Positions 41,465 to 55,940 are shown, counted from the whole stretch's first letter. The stretch is DNA of 62,926 nucleotides, filler included, from Intoshia linei (GCA_001642005.1; 8 parts of 8 records of this genome joined end to end with filler, not necessarily neighbours in it); one strand, 5' to 3'. Program-made: numbers and translations. The notes: generated by a model from the letters alone, not told the origin.

Positions 41465-41887
41465 ATGTGTGTTACCGTTTATTTAAAAAATTAATAGTCC
41501 TAGCATTTAAAAAAACCCACTTTTAATACAATTTTTACGATATTGAGGTTTTATCGTAAATGTCATATTTGAGTAATTGGGTCTTTTACGGTTGAAAAAC
41601 CTATTTCCCCCTTTTTTTAAAAACAAAAATCAGACCTGGTGCTTAAAAAAACATAAATTCAAGGACGAGTTTTAAAATTATTAAGATTGCCATAAATCTC
41701 AGCCTCAGAAACTTACATCCTTATAGTAAAAACCCCAAATTACCTTTTATAAAAATTAAATATGTTCTAGAATTTTATAAAAGATAAATTGTGGGATTGT
41801 TTTTAAAATTATAAACTCGTTGTCAATAATCAATTAAAAAATCAATCGACTCTTAGCAGAGTTAGCTGCCGTTTGTAGTCCAACTAG
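41465..41887 (+). mobile_element. Helitron-like variant copy
   Basis: Shares the GTGTGTTACCGTTTATT 5' region and the GCAGAGTTAG..CAACTAG 3' end. Internal sequence resembles 51890-52130. Confidence 0.5.
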
Positions 41888-42728
41888 AAGTATAAAAATT
41901 ACATTGTAGTCTTTTGCTAAACATTTGTACCAATCTAAAACAGTATAAATTCAATATATCTATTCTTTAATCTAGATTACCTTTCAAATTTACTCAATCC
42001 TAAAATTTTGCCATTCGGTAAATAAGCTATTGTTACCTAAGCTTCAAATCAATTTTACATTATAAAATTTAAAATAGCTCATATATTGTTACGTGTAGTC
42101 AGCAGCATCATTAATTACAATTACATTATTAAAGACTCGTGATATTAAGTGTTTCATGGTGTCAAAATTATGAAACTGAACAACTCTAAAGAAAGGATCA
42201 ACAGGAAAAATATCGTATAAATTTATAAGATCTGAACTATTAATTTAGAATTTTTCAGGGGTGTTAGCAAAATAAATTTCAACCTCCCTAACTCACATCT
42301 TACAAATATCAAAAAGCGCAATTATCCTTTTTTTTTTTAAGAATCAAACGAGTTTGAGAATTTAAAAACATATATACTCTGATACGGATTTTAAAATCAT
42401 CAATTTAAATTTAAAAAAATATATATTCAGGGTCAAAACCACAAATTACTCTTTTTTTTAATGAAAACAGTCTTCGAATTTAAAAAATTTTACAGGTGGT
42501 ACAGTTATATCCTGTTAACACACACAAAAAATTTCAATCTTAATAAGTGACGCCTTTACGGTCAAAAAATCATATTAGTATTCATATATATTTTTTTCCG
42601 AAATATTTTATTAAAACAAAAAATGTGANNNNNNNNNNNNNNNNNNNNNNNNNNNNNNNNNNNNNNNNNNNNTTAATTAATTAANNNNNNNNNNNNNNNN
42701 NNNNNNNNNNNNNNNNNNNNNNNNNNNN

Positions 42729-43230
42729 GTTTGTAATGTTTAGTCTTTCAATTTCTTTAAACGTTTACATTACTTTTCATAGAAAATTTGTCTTTAAATT
42801 CGTTCTAGCCCATTTTATCCTTTTTTCTTGGTGAATAGGCTTCAAAATCAGGATTCTAAGATTTTTTTAACAAATACAACATATTTTAAAACCCTACATC
42901 GACTGCTTCTAGGCACATCTCCCATGTTGCAAGCCGAAAATAATCTTAAACTCGTCACAAGTGGTGTCACAAGCACTTCTTTTTTAAGAATGCGTAATTT
43001 TCTAGGTGAAAGTATTTTATTTCGACCACTATTTGACCTATCATTCTTTTTAGACGGATCTTTTAATTGAACGTTTATTAAATTTAATTTAATTAAACGG
43101 ACCATTTTTTAATAGTGCGATAATCACGTTCAAGACATCGTGATATTTGTAAAGTACTTTTTCCTCTTGCCATTAAACCAACTATTTGGTTCTTTTCTTA
43201 TATATTTAAGTGGTGTTTCTTTTCCATTTA
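42729..43230 (-). mobile_element. Tc1-like transposase N-terminal fragment
   Basis: MARGKSTLQISRCLERDYRTIKK, RSNSGRNKILSPRKLRILKKE, RIKWARTNLKTNF. Truncated at a gap. Confidence 0.65.
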
Positions 43231-44322
43231 AAATTTGCATAATATTTTGGCACACTTAGCAATATAAAAAAACGATAATATGTAAATAAATATTGATTAG
43301 GGTGTCCACTTTTTAAACTTTACGTTGAATTAACAAAATTATATTTTACTGAGCGTTCGAAATGTAATTTAGAACACAATTACCGATTACATTTTATCTA
43401 GTTTTGTAATTTTTTTTGCCTATTTTTTTTAAACCTTTTTTAAAAACATGACCGAAGAACTTTATTATTGTTTATGTTTATATACCTATATACATTTAAA
43501 TGAGATTTAAATAAGGTAAAATGATTATTAAATACGTATTTTTGACATGAAAATGGTATCGTTGTTAATGTAAAAAAAGTAGTAAATATATTAATATATA
43601 AAAAATCAATTTATGTATTTAAATGTAAAATATGCTACTACAATTTGTACCTCTAAAGAGAAAAGAGATATAATACTTTTTTACCCTGGTAGACCCATAT
43701 TCATCTTTAACGGAGAGTAGAAAAGAGTAGTGCTAAAAGCCACTGTGGGGTAACCTCACAAGGATAGAGATAAATCTATAATACAAAATGTAATAGCATA
43801 TTTTAATAATTTGGTAATTTATTAAATTTTGACATAAGTTATAACTCTAAACTTAACTCCCTTAACAGTGTGTAAAATAAAGTGAAATGACTGGTCCATG
43901 GTAAAACCAGTATAGAAAAGTTGGTATTGGTAATAGGTAAGTATACCATGTTTGGTAATTGTGAGATGTTTATATAAGAATTTATTTTTTTGTGGAATTA
44001 AAAAGTCCACCCTCTGCAGAGCTAGGTACTTTTTTTACGAAGTACTTAGCAGTCAAGCTAGTATGCAATAAAATGTAGTACTCAATATAATTTGGACATT
44101 ACAGTTACAATAAGTGAAGTATCGTAAAATTTTTCATTGTTCGTGGTTGGAACTGGGTAGCGAGTGGGTGAGTTGCAAAAGATTGATAAACATTGCACAT
44201 GAACTTTAAAATTTAAATTATGATATTACATTGTATTGAAAAATGAATTGAATACAATATCAATGTAAATATTTATTTTTGGATATATAATTTTTAAAAA
44301 TATTACTATTAAAAGACCTGAT

Positions 44323-47300
44323 ATGATAATACTAGCGATTTTCGTGCCTATATGTTTGGTAATTTTATAATCTACTGAAATTTTTACAATATTCAGGGTA
44401 TTGGTGGAATGTGTCGACTCATGTGTTTCTCGGGCCCACCCATTTGCTCAGAAATGGATTGCTTTTCCCTCATATTGCATTACAATGAAAGAACTGGAGA
44501 TTTATTAGTCAAAACTAAAATAATCAATGGAAATACTATATTTATGGAAATACTAACTCAATATGAAAAGGTATGCAGTACAGTAATTCCCAAAACGTAG
44601 GGTGTGTAAAATATAAACTCAGTATTCATGCTATGTAATGTTTAAATGTGATTTAAAATTGATACACGTTATAAAGAATGTAAGAATTACAATCCATGTA
44701 GCTAAAAACAATTTCAATCAAGTGAAATCAGAAACATTGACAATTAGGTTTAGATAATTTTATTTCAATTTTTAAATATTATTATACTAAAATTGATGAA
44801 TGAATTAATTACATGACTTACTTGTTAATAACTTTTATTTAATATCAAAACTCATCAACTTTGAATAAAATGTACTGAATTTTTAATTTTGACTTAAATA
44901 AGCTGGTTATATAGTCTACAATGTAAATTTTACATGGTAAGCAATGCGTATATATCCAAAAATGGGGAAACTAAATTGTATATGATTATGAGTTAACTGG
45001 GAAGCGAATAAATGCAAGTTAAGATGCTTCATGTTATCAAACTAATCGAACATTACAATGTAATGCCTAAAATACTTAAGTTCACGGTATTCCGGTGGCG
45101 CGAATATTTCCAATAATGTTTTATAGATATTTACTCTTAGATTGACGAAAAACGATATCTAACGAGAATGAAACAGTATTATCAAATTATTAGCAATAAT
45201 TTTTCCAGAAAAAGTAATAATGTAATTTTTTTAAATATTTGTTAATTTTTTGTATTTTTGTAATTTCAGAAATTGATTACAAATTTTGTGTCAAACGTAA
45301 CTGTAGCTGATCCTGTAATGACTGAAATTTTTCGATACGATAAAACATTCATCATAAATATAATGAAAGCTCAAATTATTGGTAATATTTAATATTTATA
45401 TTAATACAGTGCAAACTGAAGACGGAACATATATTCCTCACACTTTAAAATAAGTGTATTTCCGCTTTAAATAGAAAATAAATATCCAAATTAACAAAAA
45501 ATCAGATTTTAAAAAAAAGTTTCTTGTCCCGCTGCATAAAAATACAAACCAGGAAATATTATATTTTTAATACAACTCTATTTCGTATACATTATGAAAA
45601 TTTAGGTTAACTAATTAAAAAGACTGAGCGTATAATAAAATTAAATTTCAATTTACTATATTAGTCATTTACAGTAATAATGTTATTAAGAATCATAACA
45701 AATAAATACATACAGTAATGTACGTAATTACTAGGGCGAACAATGTCATAAAAATAATTTTTTTTTAAATATTATAGAAATGTAAGAAGGAATATCGATT
45801 TTTAGAAAGTTATAATATCATAATTTAAAAAAATTATATTTTCCTTAAAACAATAATAGAAACTGTCAATTCACAATACTGTGAGAAATAAGATCAACAA
45901 AAACTCATTCGCAGCTATTGAACTGTCAAACCTCATAATCAAGTGTTGAAAGATCCGTTTTCGTTGCTGAACAATATATTATTTGACGAAACAAATTTTT
46001 TAAAAACGAATATTTATAAATATAATCTATCCTTACTTATATAATATGCTACATAATATTTGTTTGTGTGTCTGTGTGTGTTACCGTTTATTTCAATAAC
46101 TACTAGTCTTAGAATTTTATAAAGTCTACATTTCAATTACAGTTTTTTCCGGGACGTATAATAAAATAAATTTCAACCTCCCAATTTCACATTGTACGGG
46201 TGAAAAACCCCCATTGTCCCTATTTTTGAAAATCAAACGAGTTCGAGAATTTAAAAAAATATACAATCTGATACGGATTTTAAAATTATAAACATTATTA
46301 TAAATTTAAATATAAAAAAATTATATCTTCAGGGCCAAAACTCCAAATTACTTTTTTTTTTTAATAAAAACAGCCCTAGAATTGCAAAAAATTTTAATCC
46401 GAATAAGTGATGACTTCACGGTCAAAAAAGCATTTTAGTTTTCATATATTTTTTTTCAAAATATTTTATTAAAACAAAAAATGTGAAATAATTAACGGTC
46501 CGAAAATTAAAAAAAAAATTATTCTGATTGAGTTTATTCCAGTTGATATAAATACAAAATTTCAATCCCAGAAATCTACGCATTTCTGGTGAAAAATAAT
46601 TTTTAATATATTATCAACCAATATTTTTCAAATATTTCGATTAAAATAAAAATTTAAAATGTAAATATTGATCCTACAATTTCAAAAAAAATGTGCATTA
46701 AACGTCTACACATTTCCAATAAAGAACTTTGCGTGAAAATCTATATAAATCATTCCTTCGGAATTTTTTTCATTGCTATGCCATTTTTAAAATTCAAATT
46801 CTGATTTTCAAAACATGTATAAAATTTAAATTAAAACTACAACAACGACTTCTAAAAGTTATACAACTTTGTTATTATTATTTTTATATTTATTACTATT
46901 TTTTGCAATATTGGTCAAATTCGCCTGAAATATGTTTATACAGTGAAGATTCCGTTAATTATTGATACATAATTGGTATTTTTAAGTATTTATTAATTGG
47001 TACTTTTCATAAAATTGATATATCTGGTATAGTCATATTTTTTTTGGTAAAATGTCATCATTTTTTGGAATTTTTGGTCATAAAAAAATTGCCCTAATAA
47101 TTACTAAAATAGCAATAAAATACTAAGCATTTACAAAATGTTATATAATGTAATGCTTAGATTAGAGCACTCCGGATCTACAGTTGGCACTGTATTAGAA
47201 ATAATTTGTAGATTATAAATATATAAAATTTATTAAAACATTTAAATTAGAGGAGAATTTTTTTCACATTTACAAGCACACATTTACCTACATTTCTGGA

Positions 47301-50300
47301 TATTATGAATGTACCGACGCATTTTACAGTAAATTCAGACACGAGCCGGGCAGTTGTTCAGCTTAATAAATAATTAATATCATTTTATTTACATTGATCA
47401 TTTCACATATACAATATTTATATGTACTGTATTTCTATATTATTTTTTGTTCATACTAGTTTTTCTGTTATATACTTGACAAATATACACAATACAGTGA
47501 AAAATTCCTATACGCAGTGCGTATTACGCACAGTGTGCGTCGCACACTTTATATAGATGTGCTTATATAAAGTGTGCACATGTAAAGTGTGGTTATAGGG
47601 AGTGTTCACTGTATTAGGAATTACAGTATTTTTATATTTGTTTTCAACTTTACAGAAAAGTTTTTGCGCATTACAATAATGTTTGAACAAAATTGTATTG
47701 AATATAAATAAATAAAGTGTAAAAACTTTGTTGCAAATAGTGCTTCCGCTGCAGATCTCTCAAGGATGAGACCATTGACAGTTTATGCTTATTAAAAAAA
47801 ATATTAAAAAAACATTAAATATTGATAATGGTAAAATTAATTAACATTTATTTATATTACACTAGACAACACTGGAAAATACATTTGCATAAAAATAATA
47901 CCATCTTGTGGATAATCTAGCGCTGATTTCAATGATATATTATATTTATAAGTTTTAGTTCATATAACCCATTTATTAACACTTTTAATGTTAAAAAAAA
48001 TATAACAAAGTTTCACTTCAATTCTAAAATTGACCAAAACGTAATATAAATTTGAATAAAACTTGAGGCAAAAAACTAAAGCAGAGGCGCCAGAAAAATA
48101 CGTAGCATAACTTTTAGTTTATTTTGAATAAATTTTAAGTCTAAAATTTTTATTCGTCATCATAGATAAGTAGTTTTGGCTTTACATTTATCACCAAATA
48201 AACTAAAATTGATGGTGCGTTTTTTTTTGTCACTTTACTTTAAAGTGCAAAAACAAATATAAAAACACTGTAATATGAACAAAATTGGAAAATTTTTTAA
48301 TATTTATTTTAAATTTTATGATTAACTACAAAACAAACACAATCTTTAATATAATAAACGTATATAATTTAAAAATGTACAGTAGTACAATTTGTTACCT
48401 TATTTTATCAATGATGATGGTAATTTAATAGTTTTGACATTTCTGATGGAAATACATAATATATAGTCTAACCCAGTGTTCGCCAAATTGGATGGCGCGA
48501 AATATACTTAAAGTGGTTCAAGATATTCTGAATATTATTTTCAAGCAATACTTAAAAAAATAATTGTAATTAATTTTAACCATTTATTACTTTTCAATTT
48601 CAATTTTATTGATACATGTATGAACATTAGGGGTTCTGCGATTTAAACTTACAAAATCTATTTAATTGTGTAAATCTCGTAAATATTTAATTGGAAATGA
48701 ATGTAAAATTTTACCAAATAAATCCATGTTGTTGATATCTTTCTTCACATCTTGTTTGTGTGAGGGTGAGGTTTTAATTTTAAATTATAAATTAAAAAAA
48801 TTTTAAAGACTTAATATAGGAATCGACTAACGATCAACTAATTGTTTCTCTATCGTCATATATTCTTTGTATTTTATTTGATTTGATGGAAAAAGGAAAA
48901 CGAACAAAAAAATTTTGAAGAGTGGCGTCATTTTTTTAGTCCTGCAGAGGCTGCACTCAAAAAAGAATGTAGCGAACACTGGTCTAACGTGTCTATACTA
49001 AATTCTGCTGATAATTATCATAATCATGAAACAGTTTTGGTCAAAATTGTAACAAATAAAACAATTTTTTTTGTATAAGTAGGGATTAATGTTAATTAAT
49101 TATTGTATTAATTTTTTGTATATCTGCCAAACTTATTTTGTCATAATTAGTATTTAGATTACATACGGGAAAATAGTTGATAATTACAACAAAAAATTAT
49201 CTTTTTGTTTCAAGGATAAAAGAGATTGTGACGGTTATCCCTGTTTCGTAGGGTTTGTACAATATAATAACAGTACGAAGAAAGCAGCAATTAGCGTCAT
49301 TATACCAGATGTAAATATTGTTTTGTGCGAAATTAGCACATCCAACATAGTAATATTTTACAAATTTATCGATATGAAAAGTTTAAGTTGCTTAATGTTT
49401 GTCTGACCAGCACTGTCAGTCTGTCAATGTGTAAGCATATAATGTATTTGGAAATTTTAAAATGTATACATGTTAAATTGACGTACAGTAGTCAATTTAA
49501 TTTAAAAAATAGATTGTTCACTTCAGGGTTGGTAAAATTGGGAATTTTATTTTGGGTTGTATTAATATGTTGTTTCTCATAATATTTAGTATAACCGGAT
49601 TTTTCAAAAAAATATTGTAAAAAGGAGATTTTTGCCTTAAGGGTTAATAAAATTGGAATTTCTATATTCTGATTGGATTAAGTGTATTTTTCTTATAAGG
49701 GTTGGTAATATCAGCTTTTTTAAAAAAATATTGGAAAAAGGGGATTTTTGCCTAAGGGTTAGTAAAATTATAATTTCTATATTCTGATTGGATTAAGTGT
49801 ATTTTCTCATAAGATTTGGTAAAATCGACTTTTCAAAAAAATATTGGAAAAAGGAATTTTTTTCTTAAGGCTTAAGGGTTGGTAAAATTGAATTTTCTAT
49901 ATTCTGGTTGGATTAAGTCAATTTTTCTACTAAAGGTTTTTATATAAAGGGATTTTTCCCTCAAGGCTTAAGGGTTGATAAAATAGGATTTTTCTCATAA
50001 GGTTTTGTAAAATCTGGTTTTTAAGTGGACGCTTTATCTTTTACTACTGTAGTCAGCTTTTCAAGATACTTTTGAATTTAAATTAAAACTACAACAACGA
50101 ATTACTAAAAGTAATACAATTTTGTTATTATCATTTTTATATTTATTAGTAATATTATATAACGTAATAAATTATTACAATCTTTTGCAGTATTGGTAAA
50201 ATTCACCTGAAATATATTTATAAAGTTCTGATTCCGTTAATTATTTATACATAATTGGTATTTTTAAGTATTTATTAAATTAGTACTGAATATATCACAT

Positions 50301-51434
50301 TGAAAATGACAAAAGAGATTTTTATAATTTTATTTTTTTTTGGAATTTATGCTATTTATGACAATTTTTAGGATTTGACTTTTTTACTTTATTTTTAATA
50401 TATTACACACATTCTGTCTAATAAATTAAAAAAATATGATAACAATTGTTTTTAAAATTTTTTACGCAAATGTTAAAAAAAATTAAAATGGAATAATTCA
50501 CTTTAAAGTAAAAAGTAATCTGATATGACGGCTCCACCTAAAACATGTTTGGGAAGCACTATTTTAAAGGATTGATAATAGTGAATAGTAGGATTTTTAA
50601 GTTAGATTTTCAACGGGGATTGATAATAGTGAATAGTAGAATTTTTAAGTTAGATTTTCAACGTGAATTTTATTTTTTTGGTAAAATAGTATGTACCCTC
50701 GGCATAGCTAGGATTCTGTTTGTACGAAATACATAACAGTCAAGCTAGTTTTTACTAAAGTTTAGATATTTAATTTTTAGAGAAGGTTATACAGTTATCC
50801 TTTTGCAACAAGTAAATTAATTTATAATTTTATAATATAAAACCCATCAAAATAAATTGGGAGGTTAGGATATAATATGAAATTTGTTTGAACAAATGAC
50901 CTTATCAGTTGAATCAAAATTAGTTTTAAGTATACTAAAATATGATTATAAATATATTTAGTTTGACAATGTACTATCATCGATAAACCTTCATACATAT
51001 TATGCACGTCATCTCAACGATTATAAACTCAATTCGCTCCAAGTAAAGAATTTTAATTTATGTTTAAGCTGTTTTAGAATAACAGAATCAAATATGTCAG
51101 TTATCTCGATATTACTGAAGAGGCATTACAATTGGACATTTTAAGACAACATTTTTATCTATACATTATGAAAGCGTTCATTTTATCAGGTATATTATAA
51201 AAATAATTTTATTTATAGTAATTCAATGGTTCCCGATTCAAATAGTGTACAGTGTCCGTTAGGGTGTCACACATTCAATAAATTTGTTGCGTGTACATAA
51301 AAGGATATCTATTTATTTATAAAACCCTCATGTATTTCATATTATAATATACTTTTTTAGATGAAACGCATAGTAAGCAAGAGCACGTTATAATTCATTT
51401 AACAAGTGTTAATTTGTGTAATGAACACATTTGA
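44323..51434 (+). CDS. Orphan putatively secreted protein, about 9 exons, with TE-expanded introns
   Basis: Phase-consistent GT-AG exons 44323-44358, 44397-44570, 45141-45221, 45270-45381, 47166-47191, 47251-47328, 49158-49310, 51078-51189, 51361-51434. Signal-peptide-like MIILAIFVPICLG. Confidence 0.5.
46026..47000 (+). mobile_element. Helitron-like family copy (5' part)
   Basis: A|TCTATCCTTACTTATATAATATGCTAC start, co-linear with other copies. Confidence 0.7.
48474..48981 (+). mobile_element. hAT (Charlie/Buster-like) deletion derivative
   Basis: TIRs CAGTGTTCGC / GCGAACACTG, TSD GTCTAACC/GTCTAACG. Internal FFTSCLCE remnant. Confidence 0.8.
49525..50020. repeat. Tandem repeat, ~120-bp higher-order unit built from GGTTGGTAAAATT subunits
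   Basis: Repeated AAGGGTTGGTAAAATT..TTTCTATATTCTGATTGGATTAAGTGTATTTT blocks, about 3-4 copies. Confidence 0.75.
50070..50748 (+). mobile_element. Helitron-like family copy (3' part) with an internal ~48-bp tandem duplication
   Basis: Ends CAGTCAAGCTAG|T. GATTGATAATAGTGAATAGTAG..TTCAACG is duplicated at 50570-50665. Confidence 0.7.
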
Positions 51435-52496
51435 TCGAAGAAATTAATATTAGAATATTAAAAATAAAATAAAATCCATCAACAAGTTTTCAATAAATTA
51501 TTATAATAAATGATATTACATAGTTTTATTATTACGTTTCTGGAAACTACCATTTTAGGTTTAATAGTACAGTACTTTTAGAAATTTTTCGAAAAAAAAA
51601 TAAAAACATGTGCCGTGAACGAAGTGTTTTGATAAACACTGTTGTGTATATAAATGTCAAATTTAAATTATAAAATTTATTTATCATAAATCCGTAAACG
51701 TTTACATTTAATATCCTTGATTTATATAAATGGAATGTTGTCATATGTCTGTGTTGATCTATGTTGTCAGTCTGTTATGTTTATTTAAATTTTAAAACAT
51801 TTACAGTCTTGGAAGTTCATAAAACCTAATATCTACTACAAATTTTTGCGGGTGACATTTTATTGCAAATTATATTTTCAAAAATTGAAAATCCAGGCAA
51901 AACCCAATTTCTCTTTTTTTAAAAATATTTTTTCTTAAAATAAGGTTTAAAAAACACATATTTTACATGTAGAACGCGTTTATAAATCATTTACATTGTC
52001 ATAAATCTCAGACTCAGAAACTCACATCTACATGGTCAAAACCACAAATAACCTTTTTTGAAAATTGTTGAAAAAAGTGCTAGAATTTTATAAATCATAA
52101 ATTCTGTTATAGTTTTTAAAACCATAAGTATTATTATATATCGCAACCCCTAATAAGCATTATCAAGATTACAACCACAGATTACCTTTTTTAAATTAAG
52201 AGTCCGAATTTTAATAAAACTTTCTATTTTATATTATTACTAGATTTACTGTTATGTACTACGTACAAACACCACCTATCTCTGTCGAAGGCACATTTTT
52301 ATTCTACCAAAAAAATAAATTCATAAAGTTAGAATTCTAATTCATAACAGTAAGGTTAGTCGATAATAAAATGATAAATGCACTAAAGATGATATTGAAA
52401 ATAAACTTATTGTCACGTGTTGATCAATATATTACATCAAATTTTACAATTAATAATTAATTTAATTCGACATATACCCTAAAAATATATTCAATT

Positions 52497-52970
52497 ATGG
52501 AAGCAATACAACAGGAAATTTTAAACAAAACTACGAATGTCGTCGATAAATTACAGAAAAGTATTAACGATATTCAAGTAATCATAATGGCAAAAATTTG
52601 TATTATATTTTGGTTGAATCTGGCATCGCAGTGGTTCATTTCATCACAAATTGTCCAGGATATTTTCTCAATAATACTAAAAATATACTTATTTTTAAAC
52701 AAATTTTCTGAAAGTCTCTTTTTTTAGTGAATTTTAAAGTTTTTAGTTATTTGGTTCACAACTAGACAAACCATGCCTATCTTTCCTTCTAAATTATACC
52801 AATATCATTTTCTTAACTTAATTTTTAAGATCAAATGTCTAAAATGTAGCATAAAATGCTGTGAAAATTCAAATTTACCCATGTTGGATAATCAAAATTG
52901 TCAACGAAATTGTATGATTCCTCTACAAAATTTACAAAATGAAGTGGAAGAAGAATTAATCAGTTTTAAT
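52497..52970 (+). CDS. FAM136A: FAM136A-like mitochondrial twin-CX3C protein, first two exons only
   Basis: MEAIQQEILNKTTNVVDKLQKSINDIQ|IKCLKCSIKCCENSNLPMLDNQNCQRNCMIPLQNLQNEVEEELISFN matches the FAM136A pattern CSxxCCE..CxxxCxxPL. 3' exon(s) not found. Confidence 0.75.
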
Positions 52971-53819
52971 GTATTTTTATTTTGTCTAAATTAGAGCTTA
53001 CATTTCCTTTTAATATTTATAATATAAAATCTACAATATATAAAATCTATATATATAATATACGAGTTGACTGTTATGTACTACGTACAAACAGCATCTA
53101 ACTCTGTTGAGGGCACAATTTTATTCTACCAAAAAAATAAATACAATAAGAAAATCTAACTTAAATATGATACTATTCACTATTATCAATCCTTTAAAGC
53201 AGTCATTCTCAACGGGTCCACAGATCCTTTTTTAAGGGTCCAAAAAAATATATTTATTTATTACATATTATAGACATTTTCAGTAACATAAAGTCGTTTT
53301 TAAAACATAAAGGCTCAGAAATACTAATATAAAACGTGAAAATCATGTAAAAGTAAATTCTTTGATATTAAATTAAACTACTTACAAGTGTAAAAACTTA
53401 TTGGGAAACCTCCATGGTTCTATTTTAGGAGCATCGTTTTATTTAATTATTTTATTAAAATTTATGACCGAGCCAAGTTTCTAGTCATAAAAAAAGCTTT
53501 AAATTTCGCATTGAAAATGGGACAATAAATCAGTCAATATTCATGATTCTATGAAACATCAACCAAAGAATATAAAATATTAATTTTTAACAGGGATGAT
53601 AGATAACATTAGACTATACACAAAAATGCGTCAATAAAATTTATACATTAAAAGAATGAGAATTTAAATCTCATCATGATGATATACATCTTATGATTTG
53701 ATCATATCAATTTTAGAAATTATTAGCGAAAAACCCAATTAATTGGATTAATCCTTATTTCTATAAAAAAATACTGATATGAAGTTTTATTCGTACTTGA
53801 TTGTATTAATTTTTGAAAT

Positions 53820-54308
53820 AATGCAATGCTTTTCTGACAACTATTGTTATATTTGTGGAATATATGTATTTAAATCGTCTAGAATGTATAATACAACTAA
53901 TAAATTGATGCCAGAGAAATACAAACTTACCTACAAGCGCAGTATTTTTTTTAATATTTGGAGCCCCACAAAAATCAAATTAAAAAATTAATAATTTACT
54001 AAAAACTTTTTTCAAATTATATCAAAAAATGGGCTGCCTTTATACGTCCAAAATACACCTCATAGAAAGTCATAGTGATAGATTACCTATAAATTGCATA
54101 ACCGCAAGTGACGAACACGGTGAATGTTTTANAAATGGGCTGCCTTTATACTCCCAAAATACACCTTATAGAAAGTCATAGTGATAGATTACCTATAAAT
54201 TGCATAACCGCAAGTGACGAACACGATGAACGTTATATCAAACTAAAAATTTTTGAAAAACGGTTTCATGGATTGAATCACCAAAGAATGCTTGCCGATT
54301 ATTTGTGA
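53820..54308 (+). mobile_element. Chapaev3 (CMC) internally deleted transposase remnant
   Basis: N-terminal SDNYCYICG and C-terminal KIHLIESH..ASDEHDERY..EKRFHG..MLADYL. Confidence 0.7.
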
Positions 54309-54969
54309 ACAATTAAAAATATTAATTAGCTTAATTTTTGTATATATGTTGTATTTATTTTGAAACTTATATCTAATTCTATTCAAAAGTTAAACAGAGC
54401 TGCACATAACATTATACATCATTCGATGCCCTCAATTGTGGTCTATTTATTGTATACATTACATATATGACGCAGAAACTGACATTAATATTGAGGGTTA
54501 ATTAGTCCACAATATTAATTTTTAGTTATTTATTATATTATTTTGCTATCGAATTATCATACATATATACTAAATATAAATATTCCAAATATTTATTAAC
54601 CATTTTTTGATTCATAAAAAGGGATTTTTCCCAAATATATGAAAAACCGCAAATCCAATATGAATATTATTTATTTTATTAGGTTAGTTCATCAAGTTTA
54701 TCACCGAGCAAAAATAGAGTACTCCATGTCTTTTGACCNNNNNNNNNNNNNNNNNNNNNNNNNNNNNNNNNNNNNNNNNNNNTTAATTAATTAANNNNNN
54801 NNNNNNNNNNNNNNNNNNNNNNNNNNNNNNNNNNNNNNGATATAATTTCACTTTAATTTTTTTATTCGATTTTTACTGACGTACACCAGGTTGAATCTTA
54901 GTTAATTAATAATTATATTATAATCAAAAATACACAAATTAATGAATTTATTATTAGAAAGGTCATTAT

Positions 54970-55553
54970 TTCAAATATAAACACATTTGCTTCTTTTTGA
55001 TGTTTCAAACTGTCAACGATGAATTCATTTCTCTCTTCACAATTAATGGATTAAATTTAGTACATTCAATAAGTAATTTTTAATTAATTTGAAATACCAT
55101 TACTATTAGATAACAAATCTATTGGCACAGTACAGAAAAACAAAATTGAAAACAATTTTGAGTATGATAATAAAGATTTTATTGATGTAAGACTCTGATA
55201 AATCAATGTATTGTGTTAATTAAACATTTCTTTCAATTTAAATTTTTCACAACATTGTTCAAAGTTACTGCAACTTGACAAGTCAGAAATGTTCATAAAT
55301 CGGAAATGAGCAAATTGAATGTTGGATGTTGATGAAAACGTATTATGGTTATTAAATTGAATGTCATTGACTTTGCCAGTATTTGCATAATCTATATATT
55401 TTTTGGGTGAAATATCTGGCATTTGATAATTGTCATAATTATCTTTTTTATACGGATAATCGCGTTTTCTAGGACTAGATTGATTGTTTGATAAAGTTAT
55501 CACTACTTCATTTAAAACGTTTAAATTTGACTTTTTAATTCAATATACTGTAG
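54970..55553 (-). CDS. Possible exons of an unknown gene
   Basis: Open frame through ORF 55216-55503 with a plausible AG acceptor upstream and GT donor downstream. No recognisable motif. Confidence 0.3.
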
Positions 55554-55650
55554 TTCTAAAATTATGATTTATTTTTAAAATTTATACAACAAAGTTGTCA
55601 TTTCTATATAATTAGAACTTTAATTATCAAAAATACGTATTTATGACCAC

Positions 55651-55940
55651 TAGGGTGGACATATTTTTCATAGTATATAATTATTTTCTGCAGGTCCAAA
55701 TTAAAATTATTTTCGTTTTATTAATCTATACACCTGTGTGACATTATATAAGTCTACCATGATAGTATAGTGGTGCTCAATGGCGAGAAATACACTAAAA
55801 GTTGGAATTTTTTTAAGTTTGGTGAACATTTTTATTGTAATAAAATTTTTTGTGATATTTCTAAAAAAACAATTTATATTTGTCGCATTCAGACGTATGT
55901 GTAAGCAAAATTTTAGAAATCAACGTTGATGCGTTAGATT
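55651..55940 (+). mobile_element. hATm-like element 5' end
   Basis: Starts TAGGGTGG and is homologous to 61885-62130, which precedes the hATm-like transposase. Confidence 0.5.

Noticed and set aside
43680-43960. GC-richer blocks resembling minus-strand exons
   Set aside because: No consistent open spliced frame or recognisable product could be built.
49525-50020. CRISPR-like array
   Set aside because: Eukaryotic context, degenerate tandem units and no unique spacers or cas genes; it is a minisatellite.
54025-54235. ~105-bp direct repeat within the Chapaev3 remnant
   Set aside because: The junction contains an N; probable assembly artefact.
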